Assembly: GCA_964572965.1 (NCBI GenBank)
Contig: CAZNHL010000009.1
Coordinates: 4,836-68,835 of the forward strand
Direction of reading: 5' to 3'
Length of the DNA: 64,000 bases
Source: an uncultured Bifidobacteriaceae bacterium
Lineage (GTDB): Bacteria; Bacteroidota; Bacteroidia; Cytophagales; UBA9547
Shown here piece by piece: positions 17,092 through 26,206 of the stretch. Numbering within the stretch: the stretch's first letter is position 1; the number at the start of each line of letters is the position of its first letter. Under the pieces are notes generated by a model. It did no database searches. It saw nothing but the letters and a program-made list of their open reading frames with translations, and was not told the origin of the DNA. The position numbers and the translations under genes are program-made.

Positions 17092-20000
17092 ATGTTGGAT
17101 TTAATTACCAAAGGAATCGCCAAAATATTTGGCACCAAGTCTGAGCGTGACATCAAGGAGCTGATGCCTTATGTCGAGCACACAAATATCGAATTTGCTA
17201 AACTATTAAATATTAGTGACGAAGACTTACGTGGAAAATCTCAGGAGTTAAAAGTTGAGATTAAAGAGCGCCTCAGCAAAATTGACGAAGAGCTCTCAGA
17301 CCTTCACAAAAAGATTCAGGATGATGTCAATCTGAGTATCGACCAGAAAGAAGCCGTCTTTGCTAAAATAGATAAGCTGGAAAAAGACAGGGATAAGGAA
17401 TTAGAAAAAGTATTACTCGACATTCTTCCTCGTGCTTTCGCTATTGTAAAAGAAACTGCGCGCCGCTGGAAAGACATCGGCAAAATGGAAGTTGCAGTCG
17501 GCGACCATGACCGCAAAGTTGCTGCCCGTAGAAAAGGGGTGGAAATTGTTGGTGACAAGGCTATCTGGCATAACAGCTGGACAGCAGCCGGTGCAGATAT
17601 TACCTGGAACATGATGCACTATGATGTGCAGCTGATTGGCGGGGTTGTTTTGCATCAGGGTAAAATTGCCGAAATGGCAACCGGTGAAGGTAAAACACTG
17701 GTAGCAACACTTCCGGCATTCTTGAATGCGCTTGCAGGGCTTGGTGTACACATCGTTACGGTCAACGACTATCTTGCAAAACGTGATAGTGAGTGGATGG
17801 CTCCTTTATTTGAGTTCCACTTATTGAACGTTGACTGCATTGACAAGCACGAGCCAAACTCTGAAGAAAGACGTAACGCCTATCTGGCAGATATTACATA
17901 CGGTACCAATAACGAATTCGGCTTCGATTACCTCCGCGATAACATGGCAAGAGGCATTGATGATCTGGTACAACGTAAACACCATTTTGCAATGGTCGAT
18001 GAGGTCGATTCAGTATTGGTCGATGATGCACGTACCCCTTTGATTATTTCAGGCCCGGTTCCGCGCGGCGACAAGCACATGTTCCATGACCTGAAGCCTC
18101 GTGTTGTAAAACTGGTTGAAGAACAAAAGAAACTGGTAAATAACTTCCTTGTTGAAGCTAAAAAGAAAATAGGCGAAGACGATAAAGAAGAAGGTGGTCT
18201 GGCATTGTTCAGAGCACACCGTGGTTTGCCAAAAGCCAAGCCATTAATCAAGTTCCTTTCTGAACAAGGTAACAGAGCCATTCTTCAGAAAGTAGAAAAC
18301 CATCACCTTCAAGACAATCAAAAAGAAATGCCAAAGGCAGATGAGCCTTTGTTCTTTACGATTGACGAGAAAAACAACTCTATTGAACTGACCGATAAAG
18401 GCGCTGATCTGATTACAGGTGAAGGTGAAGATCCGTCATTGTTCGTTCTTCCGGATATTGGTTCGGAAATGGCTTTGATTGAAAACGACAAAACACTTTC
18501 TAAAGAAGAGAAATTAAGCCGTACAGAAAAATTGGTTGATGATTACAACCTGAAATCAGAAAGACTTCATACAATCAACCAGTTACTGAAAGCTTATACC
18601 CTTTTCGAAAAAGAAACAGAGTATATCATAGTAGAAGGAAAAGTAAAAATCGTTGATGAGCAGACTGGCCGTGTAATGGAGGGTCGTCGTTACTCTGACG
18701 GTTTGCACCAGGCTTTAGAAGCAAAAGAAAGTGTGAAAGTGGAAGACGCTACACAAACTTATGCTACCGTTACCCTTCAGAACTACTTCCGTATGTATCA
18801 CAAACTTTGTGGTATGACCGGTACTGCCGAAACAGAAGCGGGTGAGTTTATGGAAATCTACAAGCTCGACGTAGTTACTATTCCTACAAACAGAAGCATC
18901 AGCCGTAAAGATCATGAGGATAAGGTTTACAAAACCATCCGTGAGAAATTCAACGCCGTTGCAGAAGAGATTATTGAATTAAATAAAATAGGCCGTCCGG
19001 TACTTGTAGGTACAACTTCTGTAGAAATTTCTGAAGTATTGAGCCGTATGCTGAAAATGCGTGGCATCAAACACCAGGTATTGAACGCGAAATATCACCA
19101 GAAAGAAGCTGAAATTGTAGCTGCAGCAGGTCAGTCAGGAGCAGTAACTATTGCAACCAACATGGCTGGTCGTGGTACCGATATTAAACTAAGCCCTGAA
19201 GCAAAAGCTGCAGGTGGTCTGGCTATCGTAGGTACAGAGCGTCACGAATCCCGTCGTGTCGACAGACAGTTACGTGGACGTTCAGGCCGTCAGGGAGATC
19301 CGGGTTCTTCTCAATTCTTCGTTTCATTGGAAGATAGCTTAATGCGTCTTTTCGGATCAGAACGTATTATCAAGATCATGGACACCATGGGCTTGGAAGA
19401 AGGAGAAGTAATTCAGCACTCAATGATTACGAGATCTATTGAAAGAGCGCAGACTAAAGTTGAAGAAAACAACTTTGGTGTACGTAAGCGTTTGCTTGAA
19501 TATGATGACGTAATGAACTCTCAGCGTGAGGTAATTTACAGACGCCGTCGTAATGCACTTTATGGTGAACGTTTACCGTTGGATGTATTGAATATGCTTT
19601 ACTATACTTGTGATTCTATTGCAAGCGGCGCAGCATTCAACAAAGACCTGGAAGATTTCCGTCTGGAAGTTGTAAGCAAACTTGGCTATTATAGCAATCT
19701 TACTGAAGCTGATTTAGGCAGAAAACCTGAAGTATTGAGCGATTTGCTTTACAATGAGGCATTGAAGCAATACCAGCAACGCAAAAACCAATTGGCAGAA
19801 AACTCGATGCCGATTTTCAAGGATATTGAAAGAAACCGCGATAACGTTGAAAATGTGATTGTTCCTTTCACTGACGGACGTCATTTCATTCAGGCTACAG
19901 TAAACCTTAAAAAAGCACTGGAAAGCAATGGTCAGGAGTTGGGTAATGGTTTGGAAAAATACACTACCCTTTCATTTATCGATCAGGAATGGAAAGAGCA

Positions 20001-20460
20001 TCTGCGTGCAATGGACGACCTGAAACAGTCAGTACAGAATGCTGTTTATGAACAAAAAGATCCATTATTGATTTACAAAATGGAAGCTTTTAACTTGTTC
20101 AAAAACTTTATCGGTAAAGTAGATGGCGACATTACTAATTTCCTGATGCGTTCTGAGATTCCGGTACAACGTGCTGAAGATGTATCTGCAGCAAGTGCAC
20201 AACGTCCACGCGAAGTTTACAATGAAGAAAAAGATGAAGTACATTCTATTTTAGGAAACGGTTCTTCTTCTCAGCAACAAGAAGAGGATGACAGACCTAA
20301 ACTGACACCACTTCAGTCTGATAGAATTGCCGGCCGTAATGATCGTGTAACTGTTCAATACATGGATGGTACTATCAAACGTGATGTAAAATTCAAAACA
20401 GTAGAAGAAGATTTACGCACAAACCGCTGCATTTTGCTTAGCATTGATGCCGAAGCGTAA
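17092..20460 (+). CDS. secA: Preprotein translocase ATPase SecA
   Basis: IAEMATGEGKT (Walker A), VDEVDSVLVD, ATNMAGRGTDI and QLRGRSGRQGDPG. Start set at ATG 17092 (MLDLITK). Confidence 0.98.
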   Translation: MLDLITKGIAKIFGTKSERDIKELMPYVEHTNIEFAKLLNISDEDLRGKSQELKVEIKERLSKIDEELSDLHKKIQDDVNLSIDQKEAVFAKIDKLEKDRDKELEKVLLDILPRAFAIVKETARRWKDIGKMEVAVGDHDRKVAARRKGVEIVGDKAIWHNSWTAAGADITWNMMHYDVQLIGGVVLHQGKIAEMATGEGKTLVATLPAFLNALAGLGVHIVTVNDYLAKRDSEWMAPLFEFHLLNVDCIDKHEPNSEERRNAYLADITYGTNNEFGFDYLRDNMARGIDDLVQRKHHFAMVDEVDSVLVDDARTPLIISGPVPRGDKHMFHDLKPRVVKLVEEQKKLVNNFLVEAKKKIGEDDKEEGGLALFRAHRGLPKAKPLIKFLSEQGNRAILQKVENHHLQDNQKEMPKADEPLFFTIDEKNNSIELTDKGADLITGEGEDPSLFVLPDIGSEMALIENDKTLSKEEKLSRTEKLVDDYNLKSERLHTINQLLKAYTLFEKETEYIIVEGKVKIVDEQTGRVMEGRRYSDGLHQALEAKESVKVEDATQTYATVTLQNYFRMYHKLCGMTGTAETEAGEFMEIYKLDVVTIPTNRSISRKDHEDKVYKTIREKFNAVAEEIIELNKIGRPVLVGTTSVEISEVLSRMLKMRGIKHQVLNAKYHQKEAEIVAAAGQSGAVTIATNMAGRGTDIKLSPEAKAAGGLAIVGTERHESRRVDRQLRGRSGRQGDPGSSQFFVSLEDSLMRLFGSERIIKIMDTMGLEEGEVIQHSMITRSIERAQTKVEENNFGVRKRLLEYDDVMNSQREVIYRRRRNALYGERLPLDVLNMLYYTCDSIASGAAFNKDLEDFRLEVVSKLGYYSNLTEADLGRKPEVLSDLLYNEALKQYQQRKNQLAENSMPIFKDIERNRDNVENVIVPFTDGRHFIQATVNLKKALESNGQELGNGLEKYTTLSFIDQEWKEHLRAMDDLKQSVQNAVYEQKDPLLIYKMEAFNLFKNFIGKVDGDITNFLMRSEIPVQRAEDVSAASAQRPREVYNEEKDEVHSILGNGSSSQQQEEDDRPKLTPLQSDRIAGRNDRVTVQYMDGTIKRDVKFKTVEEDLRTNRCILLSIDAEA

Positions 20461-20485
20461 GATTTAAATCTATTACAAAATAAAC

Positions 20486-20520
20486 AAACAGGGATCCGCC
20501 AACAGGCTGATTCCTGTTTT
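20486..20520 (+). terminator. Probable terminator after secA
   Basis: AAACAGG-GATCCGCC-AACA-GGCTGATT-CCTGTTTT imperfect stem with T tail. Confidence 0.6.
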
Positions 20521-20555
20521 CTATATTCGGGCAGTCCCCTTAAAAATCAAAAGCA

Positions 20556-21083
20556 ATGAAAAAAAGCCTTCTTTTCCTTCTCTTCGGCCTTCTGACTTTG
20601 AGCATTGCTTTTGGTCAGAAAAAAGAAAAAGAGTTGCCTCCTTACAGCGAGGATTTGTCGGCTACACGACCACGTTACAATCCTGACGACACAAGGCCAA
20701 AGGATATTAAACCGGCCGGACAACAGCGCTATATTAAAGAAGTGCCTGCTGAAAATGAGAAGATGAAATCAATGTATTGCGTAAATGACACGCTTAGGCT
20801 TATTATTGACAGCTTAGCACAAAAAAACATAAAAATACTTTACACTCCGGGTTATCGAATTCAGGTATATAATGGAAACAATAAGGATGAAATCAGTAAG
20901 CTGAAAACCAAAATATATACGAAGCTACCTGATATTGACATTTATACTACATTCAGACAACCTGATTACAAAGTAAAGTTTGGCGACTTTAAAACAAAAA
21001 TAGAAGCATATCAGGCCATGGGTTCTTTGAAAGAAATTCCCGAAGCTATTATTGTACCTGATCAGGTCAATATCAATAAATAG
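20556..21083 (+). CDS. SPOR domain-containing secreted protein
   Basis: Signal peptide; C-terminal GYRIQVY.G...Y..F.QP.YKVKFGDF.TK.EA is the Bacteroidota SPOR pattern. Confidence 0.8.
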   Translation: MKKSLLFLLFGLLTLSIAFGQKKEKELPPYSEDLSATRPRYNPDDTRPKDIKPAGQQRYIKEVPAENEKMKSMYCVNDTLRLIIDSLAQKNIKILYTPGYRIQVYNGNNKDEISKLKTKIYTKLPDIDIYTTFRQPDYKVKFGDFKTKIEAYQAMGSLKEIPEAIIVPDQVNINK

Positions 21084-21120
21084 TTGTTGGTTGTTGGTTG
21101 TTGGTTGTTGGTTGTTGGTT
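21083..21120. repeat. Heptamer tandem repeat (GTTGTTG)x5.4
   Basis: Five exact copies plus GTT, starting at the G of the upstream TAG stop. Confidence 0.95.
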
Positions 21121-21181
21121 TAACAACATTATTTTAAAATACTTTATACTTGGTACATAGTACTAAGTACATTATAAAAAT

Positions 21182-22381
21182 ATGGGTTCATTAAAAAGTA
21201 AAATCAAAGACCTTGCTACAAAGCATGCAGCAGAAGTGATTGCAGACCGCCGTCATATTCATGCTAATCCAGAATTGTCTTTCAAGGAGTTTGAAACTGC
21301 TAAATATATTGCTGCTAAGCTGAAGTCTTTTGGTTTAGAGCCACAGGAAGGTGTTGCCGGAACAGGTGTGGTGGCTTTAATCAAAGGAAAAAATCCAGAA
21401 AGCAGAACTGTGGCGCTTCGCGCAGATATGGATGCCCTTCCAATTATTGAGGTCAACAACGTTCCTTATAAATCAAAAGTTGAAGGGGTGATGCATGCAT
21501 GCGGCCACGACGTGCATAGTTCTTCTTTACTTGGAACAGCGCGCATTTTAAGTCAGCTGAAAAATGATTTTGAGGGGACTGTTAAATTGATTTTCCAACC
21601 GGGGGAAGAATTGCTTCCGGGCGGTGCTTCTTTAATGATCAAAGAAAGAGTACTTGAAAACCCTAAACCAACCGGTATCCTCGGCCAACACGTGTTTCCA
21701 ATGCTGGAAGCAGGAAAAGTTGGCTTTAGAGAAGGAATGTACATGGCAAGTACTGACGAAATTTATGTAACAGTAAAAGGAAAAGGCGGCCATGGGGCAA
21801 TGCCTGATCAGAATATAGATCCGGTGGTCATTGCTGCTCACATCATAGTTGCACTGCAAACCATTGTAAGCCGTCATGCCAACCCCAAATTACCAACAGT
21901 ACTTTCATTTGGAAAAGTGAATGCCGAAGGTGCCACAAATGTCATTCCCGGGGAAGTAAAAATTGAAGGTACTTTCCGCACACTGAATGAAGAGTGGCGT
22001 AAACAGGCGCACCAAAAAATGAAAAAAATGGCTGAAGCCATTGCCGAAGGCATGGGTGGAAGCTGCGAATTTACGGTAATGAACGGTTACCCTTTCCTGA
22101 AAAACAATGCTGAACTGACCCGGAAAATGAGAATTGCGGCACAGGATTTTTTAGGAAAAGAAAATGTAGTTGAGCTTGATCTTTCCATGACAGCTGAAGA
22201 TTTTGCCTATTATACACAGGTAACCGATGCTTGTTTCTATCGCCTGGGCATAAGAAACGAAGCAAAAGGGATTACCTCTTCAGTACATACACCAACATTT
22301 GATATTGATGAAAGCGCTTTGGAACTCGGCTCGGGCTTAATGGCCTGGCTTGCAGTTTCTGAACTGGCCGGAAATAATTAA
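21182..22381 (+). CDS. M20D amidohydrolase (hippurate hydrolase/IAA-amino acid hydrolase-like)
   Basis: RRHIHANPELSF.E, ALRADMDALP, MHACGHD, FQPGEE, GGHGA.P and AEDFAYY. Confidence 0.93.
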   Translation: MGSLKSKIKDLATKHAAEVIADRRHIHANPELSFKEFETAKYIAAKLKSFGLEPQEGVAGTGVVALIKGKNPESRTVALRADMDALPIIEVNNVPYKSKVEGVMHACGHDVHSSSLLGTARILSQLKNDFEGTVKLIFQPGEELLPGGASLMIKERVLENPKPTGILGQHVFPMLEAGKVGFREGMYMASTDEIYVTVKGKGGHGAMPDQNIDPVVIAAHIIVALQTIVSRHANPKLPTVLSFGKVNAEGATNVIPGEVKIEGTFRTLNEEWRKQAHQKMKKMAEAIAEGMGGSCEFTVMNGYPFLKNNAELTRKMRIAAQDFLGKENVVELDLSMTAEDFAYYTQVTDACFYRLGIRNEAKGITSSVHTPTFDIDESALELGSGLMAWLAVSELAGNN

Positions 22382-22383
22382 TA

Positions 22384-24000
22384 ATGGCATTAGAAACACC
22401 TGATATCGCTGCATTAAAACCGACTCCTCAAAAGGACTGGAAGGATATTCTTATCAAAGGCACTTTTCTGCTTCTGACATTCTATCTTTTCTTTGTAGTT
22501 ATTGAGCTGATGGTTCAAGGCTTTAACCTGATGGGAAAAGACCTTGTTAGCGAGATTGTAGTGGTTACTTCCAACCCATTTGTAGCCATTTTCATCGGCT
22601 TACTTTCCTCTGCCATTATACAAAGTTCTTCAACCATTACCGCTGCTGTGGTAGCCATGGTAGCATCGGGAACCTTAACACTTGGCAATGCCACTTATGT
22701 AATTATAGGAGCGAATGTAGGAACTACACTCACAAGTATGATTGTGGCAATGACCCACATTTCTCAAAATAAAGAGTATAAAAGAGCTGTTGCGGCGGCG
22801 GCCTCTCACAATATTTTCAATATCATTTCTGTAGTATTATTCTTTCCTTTAGAATATTACTTTCACTTTCTTACAAAAATGGCTACTCAAGCCACTCAGT
22901 GGCTGCCGATAAGTGATTCTAACAGCAAGCTGGAAAAAATAAGCACAGAACTGCACCTTGTAAAACCTGCCGTGGATCTGATTGCCGGGCTACTTCAAAA
23001 TAATCCGTTTTTGATTGTACTGCTGTCACTTGTATTGCTTTTTGGAGCTATCCGTGGATTCACCATGTTGATTCAAAGGGTCTTTCTGGGAAATGCTCAA
23101 AAACAACTACGCGAAGTTATTTTCGGGAGCCCGTCACGCTCATTAATTTCAGGAATAGCTTTAACAGCATTGGTGAGATCGAGCTCATCAACAACAGCTC
23201 TGGTTGTACCAATGGTAGCAACCAGAAAAGTGTCTCTGAAAAGAGCTTTTGATTTTATTTTGGGAGCCAACCTTGGAACAACTATCACCGCAGTATTGGC
23301 AGCTTTTGACAAATCTGACGCAGCTGTAACAATTGCCCTGGTGCATGTGCTTTTCAATTTAATTGGAGTAGTACTCTTCTTCCCTTTTTCTTTTATTAAA
23401 AACATTCCAATAAATCTTGCTAAAAAGCTCGGAGCATTTTGTGCAGACAACAAAGTTTTTGGATTTATATATATTGGCGTCACCTTCTTCCTGATTCCTT
23501 TTATTCTTATTTCTGTGACTAATCACGAAAAAGAAATACAGCATATAATTTATCGCAGTTATGAAGACGGCACTCAGGTAAGTTCCATTTATACTTTGGT
23601 AGACTCCTTTGACCGTAATTCAGGAAAGGGACAGAAAAAAAAATACCCCTTTGAAGCCGGAAAAGCAATTGCCGTCACCGATGTTCCTCTTAATACAATT
23701 GACTATGTATATGAAGATGCCATTTATTCAGAAAATGGCAGAAACTACCTTTTAACACTTCCCGGTGCTTGTGACGGACCAGACAGCTCAAGAATATGTC
23801 TGGAAAAAGTGCTGAAAGAGATGAAAATCGATGGTGAGATATATAAGTCAATTTATGTATATCACATCACCAATCCGGATAGCACCATTACCGAAGCCTA
23901 TTTTTATCCTGCAGGAAGGCTATTTCTGAGAAAAGAACTTTTATTGACGAATGGCAAAAAAATTGTCATATTAGAGCTGGTAAAAATAAAAGATGAATAG
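22384..24000 (+). CDS. Na+/Pi cotransporter family protein (NptA-like) with soluble C-terminal extension
   Basis: Duplicated QSSS...(I)IGANVGTT and RSSSST...ILGANLGTT signatures of the SLC34/NptA family, then ~155 aa of non-membrane tail. Confidence 0.85.
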   Translation: MALETPDIAALKPTPQKDWKDILIKGTFLLLTFYLFFVVIELMVQGFNLMGKDLVSEIVVVTSNPFVAIFIGLLSSAIIQSSSTITAAVVAMVASGTLTLGNATYVIIGANVGTTLTSMIVAMTHISQNKEYKRAVAAAASHNIFNIISVVLFFPLEYYFHFLTKMATQATQWLPISDSNSKLEKISTELHLVKPAVDLIAGLLQNNPFLIVLLSLVLLFGAIRGFTMLIQRVFLGNAQKQLREVIFGSPSRSLISGIALTALVRSSSSTTALVVPMVATRKVSLKRAFDFILGANLGTTITAVLAAFDKSDAAVTIALVHVLFNLIGVVLFFPFSFIKNIPINLAKKLGAFCADNKVFGFIYIGVTFFLIPFILISVTNHEKEIQHIIYRSYEDGTQVSSIYTLVDSFDRNSGKGQKKKYPFEAGKAIAVTDVPLNTIDYVYEDAIYSENGRNYLLTLPGACDGPDSSRICLEKVLKEMKIDGEIYKSIYVYHITNPDSTITEAYFYPAGRLFLRKELLLTNGKKIVILELVKIKDE

Positions 24001-24826
24001 AATTCACCTCTTTATACTTCTGGCACTGGCAATTACGGTGTCTGCACAGGCTCAGAATAACAGTCCTGACGACGACAACGTGTACAAGGCTTATAATCCT
24101 ACAGAAATCGGCTCGGCATTTCAGGTATCCTATTTCTGGAAAAAACAGCATTTCATAACAGCTAATTTTGATCAGCGTTATACCACCGAAAGAGGTCTGG
24201 ACGGTTTCATGGAAAAGACTTTCCTTGACAGGCTTTACAGAATGCAATATTCTCTTTATGGAAATTATTGTCTGGACGGAAAACACTGGAACATTGGATT
24301 CAGCGAAATGTTATCGCAAAAAACGCAGGGTGTAAATGCTTTTAGTAGTCGCCTGCTTTTGACACATATCGGTAGTTTCCACAATATTGACTTTATCAAG
24401 CAGATTTCAGGGGCTTATATTAGTAATCCCGACGCAACCGGACCTTACTATTCTTATGAAGCCAATTATCCTGTTTATGACTTCACACTTTTTCTTTCAC
24501 TTGCCAAGCGTTTCAAAATCAAAGACAAAGATAAATTAAGAGTTTCTTTTGCATACGGACTCTCCTGCCGTGGTCCATGGAAAACAGAAGATTTTGATTA
24601 CTATAATGCCCGATTTATTGATCTGACCAAAATGAGGGTAGATATATCGTGGATGTTTACTGATTTAATTAATTTAAATTTGTTCGCAATACGAGAGTCC
24701 CGCTTCACAGAATCGGCCAATGCGAACACTAATGGCAAGTATAATGTAGTAACTCCGGTGTATGGTGCGGAACTAAGATTTTTTATTCGTCAGGAAAAAA
24801 TGCAACTTTTGAACTATATTTTCTAA
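23993..24826 (+). CDS. Secreted/outer-membrane hypothetical protein
   Basis: Signal peptide ending AQA, beta-strand-rich and aromatic-rich, C-terminal Phe. Overlaps the upstream stop by 8 bp. Confidence 0.72.
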   Translation: MNRIHLFILLALAITVSAQAQNNSPDDDNVYKAYNPTEIGSAFQVSYFWKKQHFITANFDQRYTTERGLDGFMEKTFLDRLYRMQYSLYGNYCLDGKHWNIGFSEMLSQKTQGVNAFSSRLLLTHIGSFHNIDFIKQISGAYISNPDATGPYYSYEANYPVYDFTLFLSLAKRFKIKDKDKLRVSFAYGLSCRGPWKTEDFDYYNARFIDLTKMRVDISWMFTDLINLNLFAIRESRFTESANANTNGKYNVVTPVYGAELRFFIRQEKMQLLNYIF

Positions 24827-24907
24827 CTTAGGGTTACGAACCAGACTCGAATTGTATTTAAGGGTAAAAAAATAGGAAAGTAAAGGTATTTATAAACTTA
24901 GAAAGGA

Positions 24908-25069
24908 ATGTTGAAAAGAATTGTTTTACCAATCGCAGTATTAGGAATAATACTAAGCTCGTTTGCCTGTTCGGAGCGCGTTAGTTATTCTAAGAAATGT
25001 AAGGATGACCACAAAAAGGTTAAAAAGCTGAAGAAAGGCAATGAGCATGTAGCTCCGGGTTTCAAATAA
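24908..25069 (+). CDS. Small basic lipoprotein (53 aa), absent from the ORF track
   Basis: MLKRIVLPIAVLGIILSSFACSERVSYSKKCKDDHKKVKKLKKGNEHVAPGFK*: basic n-region, hydrophobic h-region, Cys21, and a terminator 10 bp after the stop. Confidence 0.65.
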   Translation: MLKRIVLPIAVLGIILSSFACSERVSYSKKCKDDHKKVKKLKKGNEHVAPGFK

Positions 25070-25078
25070 GATCCCATA

Positions 25079-25108
25079 AAAAAAGTCCCGTTTAAACGGG
25101 ACTTTTTT
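25079..25108. terminator. Bidirectional terminator, 30-bp perfect palindrome
   Basis: AAAAAAGTCCCGTTTAAACGGGACTTTTTT between the small lipoprotein ORF and accD. Confidence 0.85.
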
Positions 25109-25111
25109 ATT

Positions 25112-25954
25112 TTATCTCAACATGCCGAGCAAGTCTGCCAGCTTTTGTTTTATTTCCTTTCTGTCTACGATAAAGTCAAGGAAGCCATGTTCCAATACAA
25201 ACTCTGCACTCTGGAAACCTTCGGGTAAATCTTTACCTATTGTTTCACGGATAACACGTGGTCCCGCAAAACCGATCAAAGCACCAGGTTCAGAGATATT
25301 GAAATCCCCAAGCATAGCATAAGAAGCAGTTACACCACCGGTTGTAGGATCAGTCAGCAACGAAATATAAGGAAGTCCTTCCTCAGCCAGCAAAGACAAT
25401 TTTGCAGAAGTCTTAGCCATTTGCATCAGAGAGTAACCCGCCTCCATCATACGTGCGCCACCTGATTTTGAAATCATGATAAAAGGTGCTTTCAATTCAC
25501 GAGCCTTATCAATCCCTCTTGCAATTTTCTCACCTACCACAGAACCCATAGACCCTCCGATAAAAGCAAAGTCCATACAGGAAATTACTACTGTTGATCC
25601 GTTCATCGGACCGTAAGCAGTACGAACAGCGTCAATCAAACCCGTTTTCTTTTGAGTTGCCTCAATACGCTCAGGGTATTTTTTTGTATCTACGAAATTT
25701 AACGGGTCACCGGAAGAAAGAAGACGGTCGATTTCAGTAAAAGTGTTGTCATCAAAAAACACTTCGAAATATTCAGCTGAACCGATACGCTCATGGTAAG
25801 AACAGGCTGTACAAGTATAAAGATTGGCTTTGTGTTCACGCGTATGCATTACCTTCTTACACTCCGGACACTGATACCAAAGGCCATCAGGCGTTTCTTT
25901 CTTAAGCTCTGTAGGTGTTACAATACCTTTTTCTTTTCTGGTAAACCAAGACAT
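25112..25954 (-). CDS. accD: Acetyl-CoA carboxylase carboxyltransferase beta subunit
   Basis: [11 protein letters not shown]...CTAC zinc finger, [39 protein letters not shown] and GFAGPRVI. Confidence 0.98.
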   Translation of the reverse strand: MSWFTRKEKGIVTPTELKKETPDGLWYQCPECKKVMHTREHKANLYTCTACSYHERIGSAEYFEVFFDDNTFTEIDRLLSSGDPLNFVDTKKYPERIEATQKKTGLIDAVRTAYGPMNGSTVVISCMDFAFIGGSMGSVVGEKIARGIDKARELKAPFIMISKSGGARMMEAGYSLMQMAKTSAKLSLLAEEGLPYISLLTDPTTGGVTASYAMLGDFNISEPGALIGFAGPRVIRETIGKDLPEGFQSAEFVLEHGFLDFIVDRKEIKQKLADLLGMLR

Positions 25955-26206
25955 ATTATTTGGATATTTTGGATCAGTATCTTATTCAATTTCTGGCTGC
26001 AGTACTTTTTACCTTAACTCAATCCCGACTTTGTACGGCTGCAGGGGATACAAAATTATCTAAAATTTCGACAACAACAACGCATTTCCAAAAGCAAATA
26101 GCAGCTAGCCTGTTTATATTGCTTAAAAAGGCATTTTTCAGTAAAGTTGATCACCTGATGGTTACTTTTAACTTTCAACTTTGTAGTTGTTCTATAATAC
26201 CAGATT

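Noticed and set aside
25955-26206. Possible structured leader upstream of accD (CTGCAG/GTAC stems) and a 91-aa plus-strand ORF
   Set aside because: Stems are short and interrupted and match no RNA family I can recognise; the ORF has no protein-like features.
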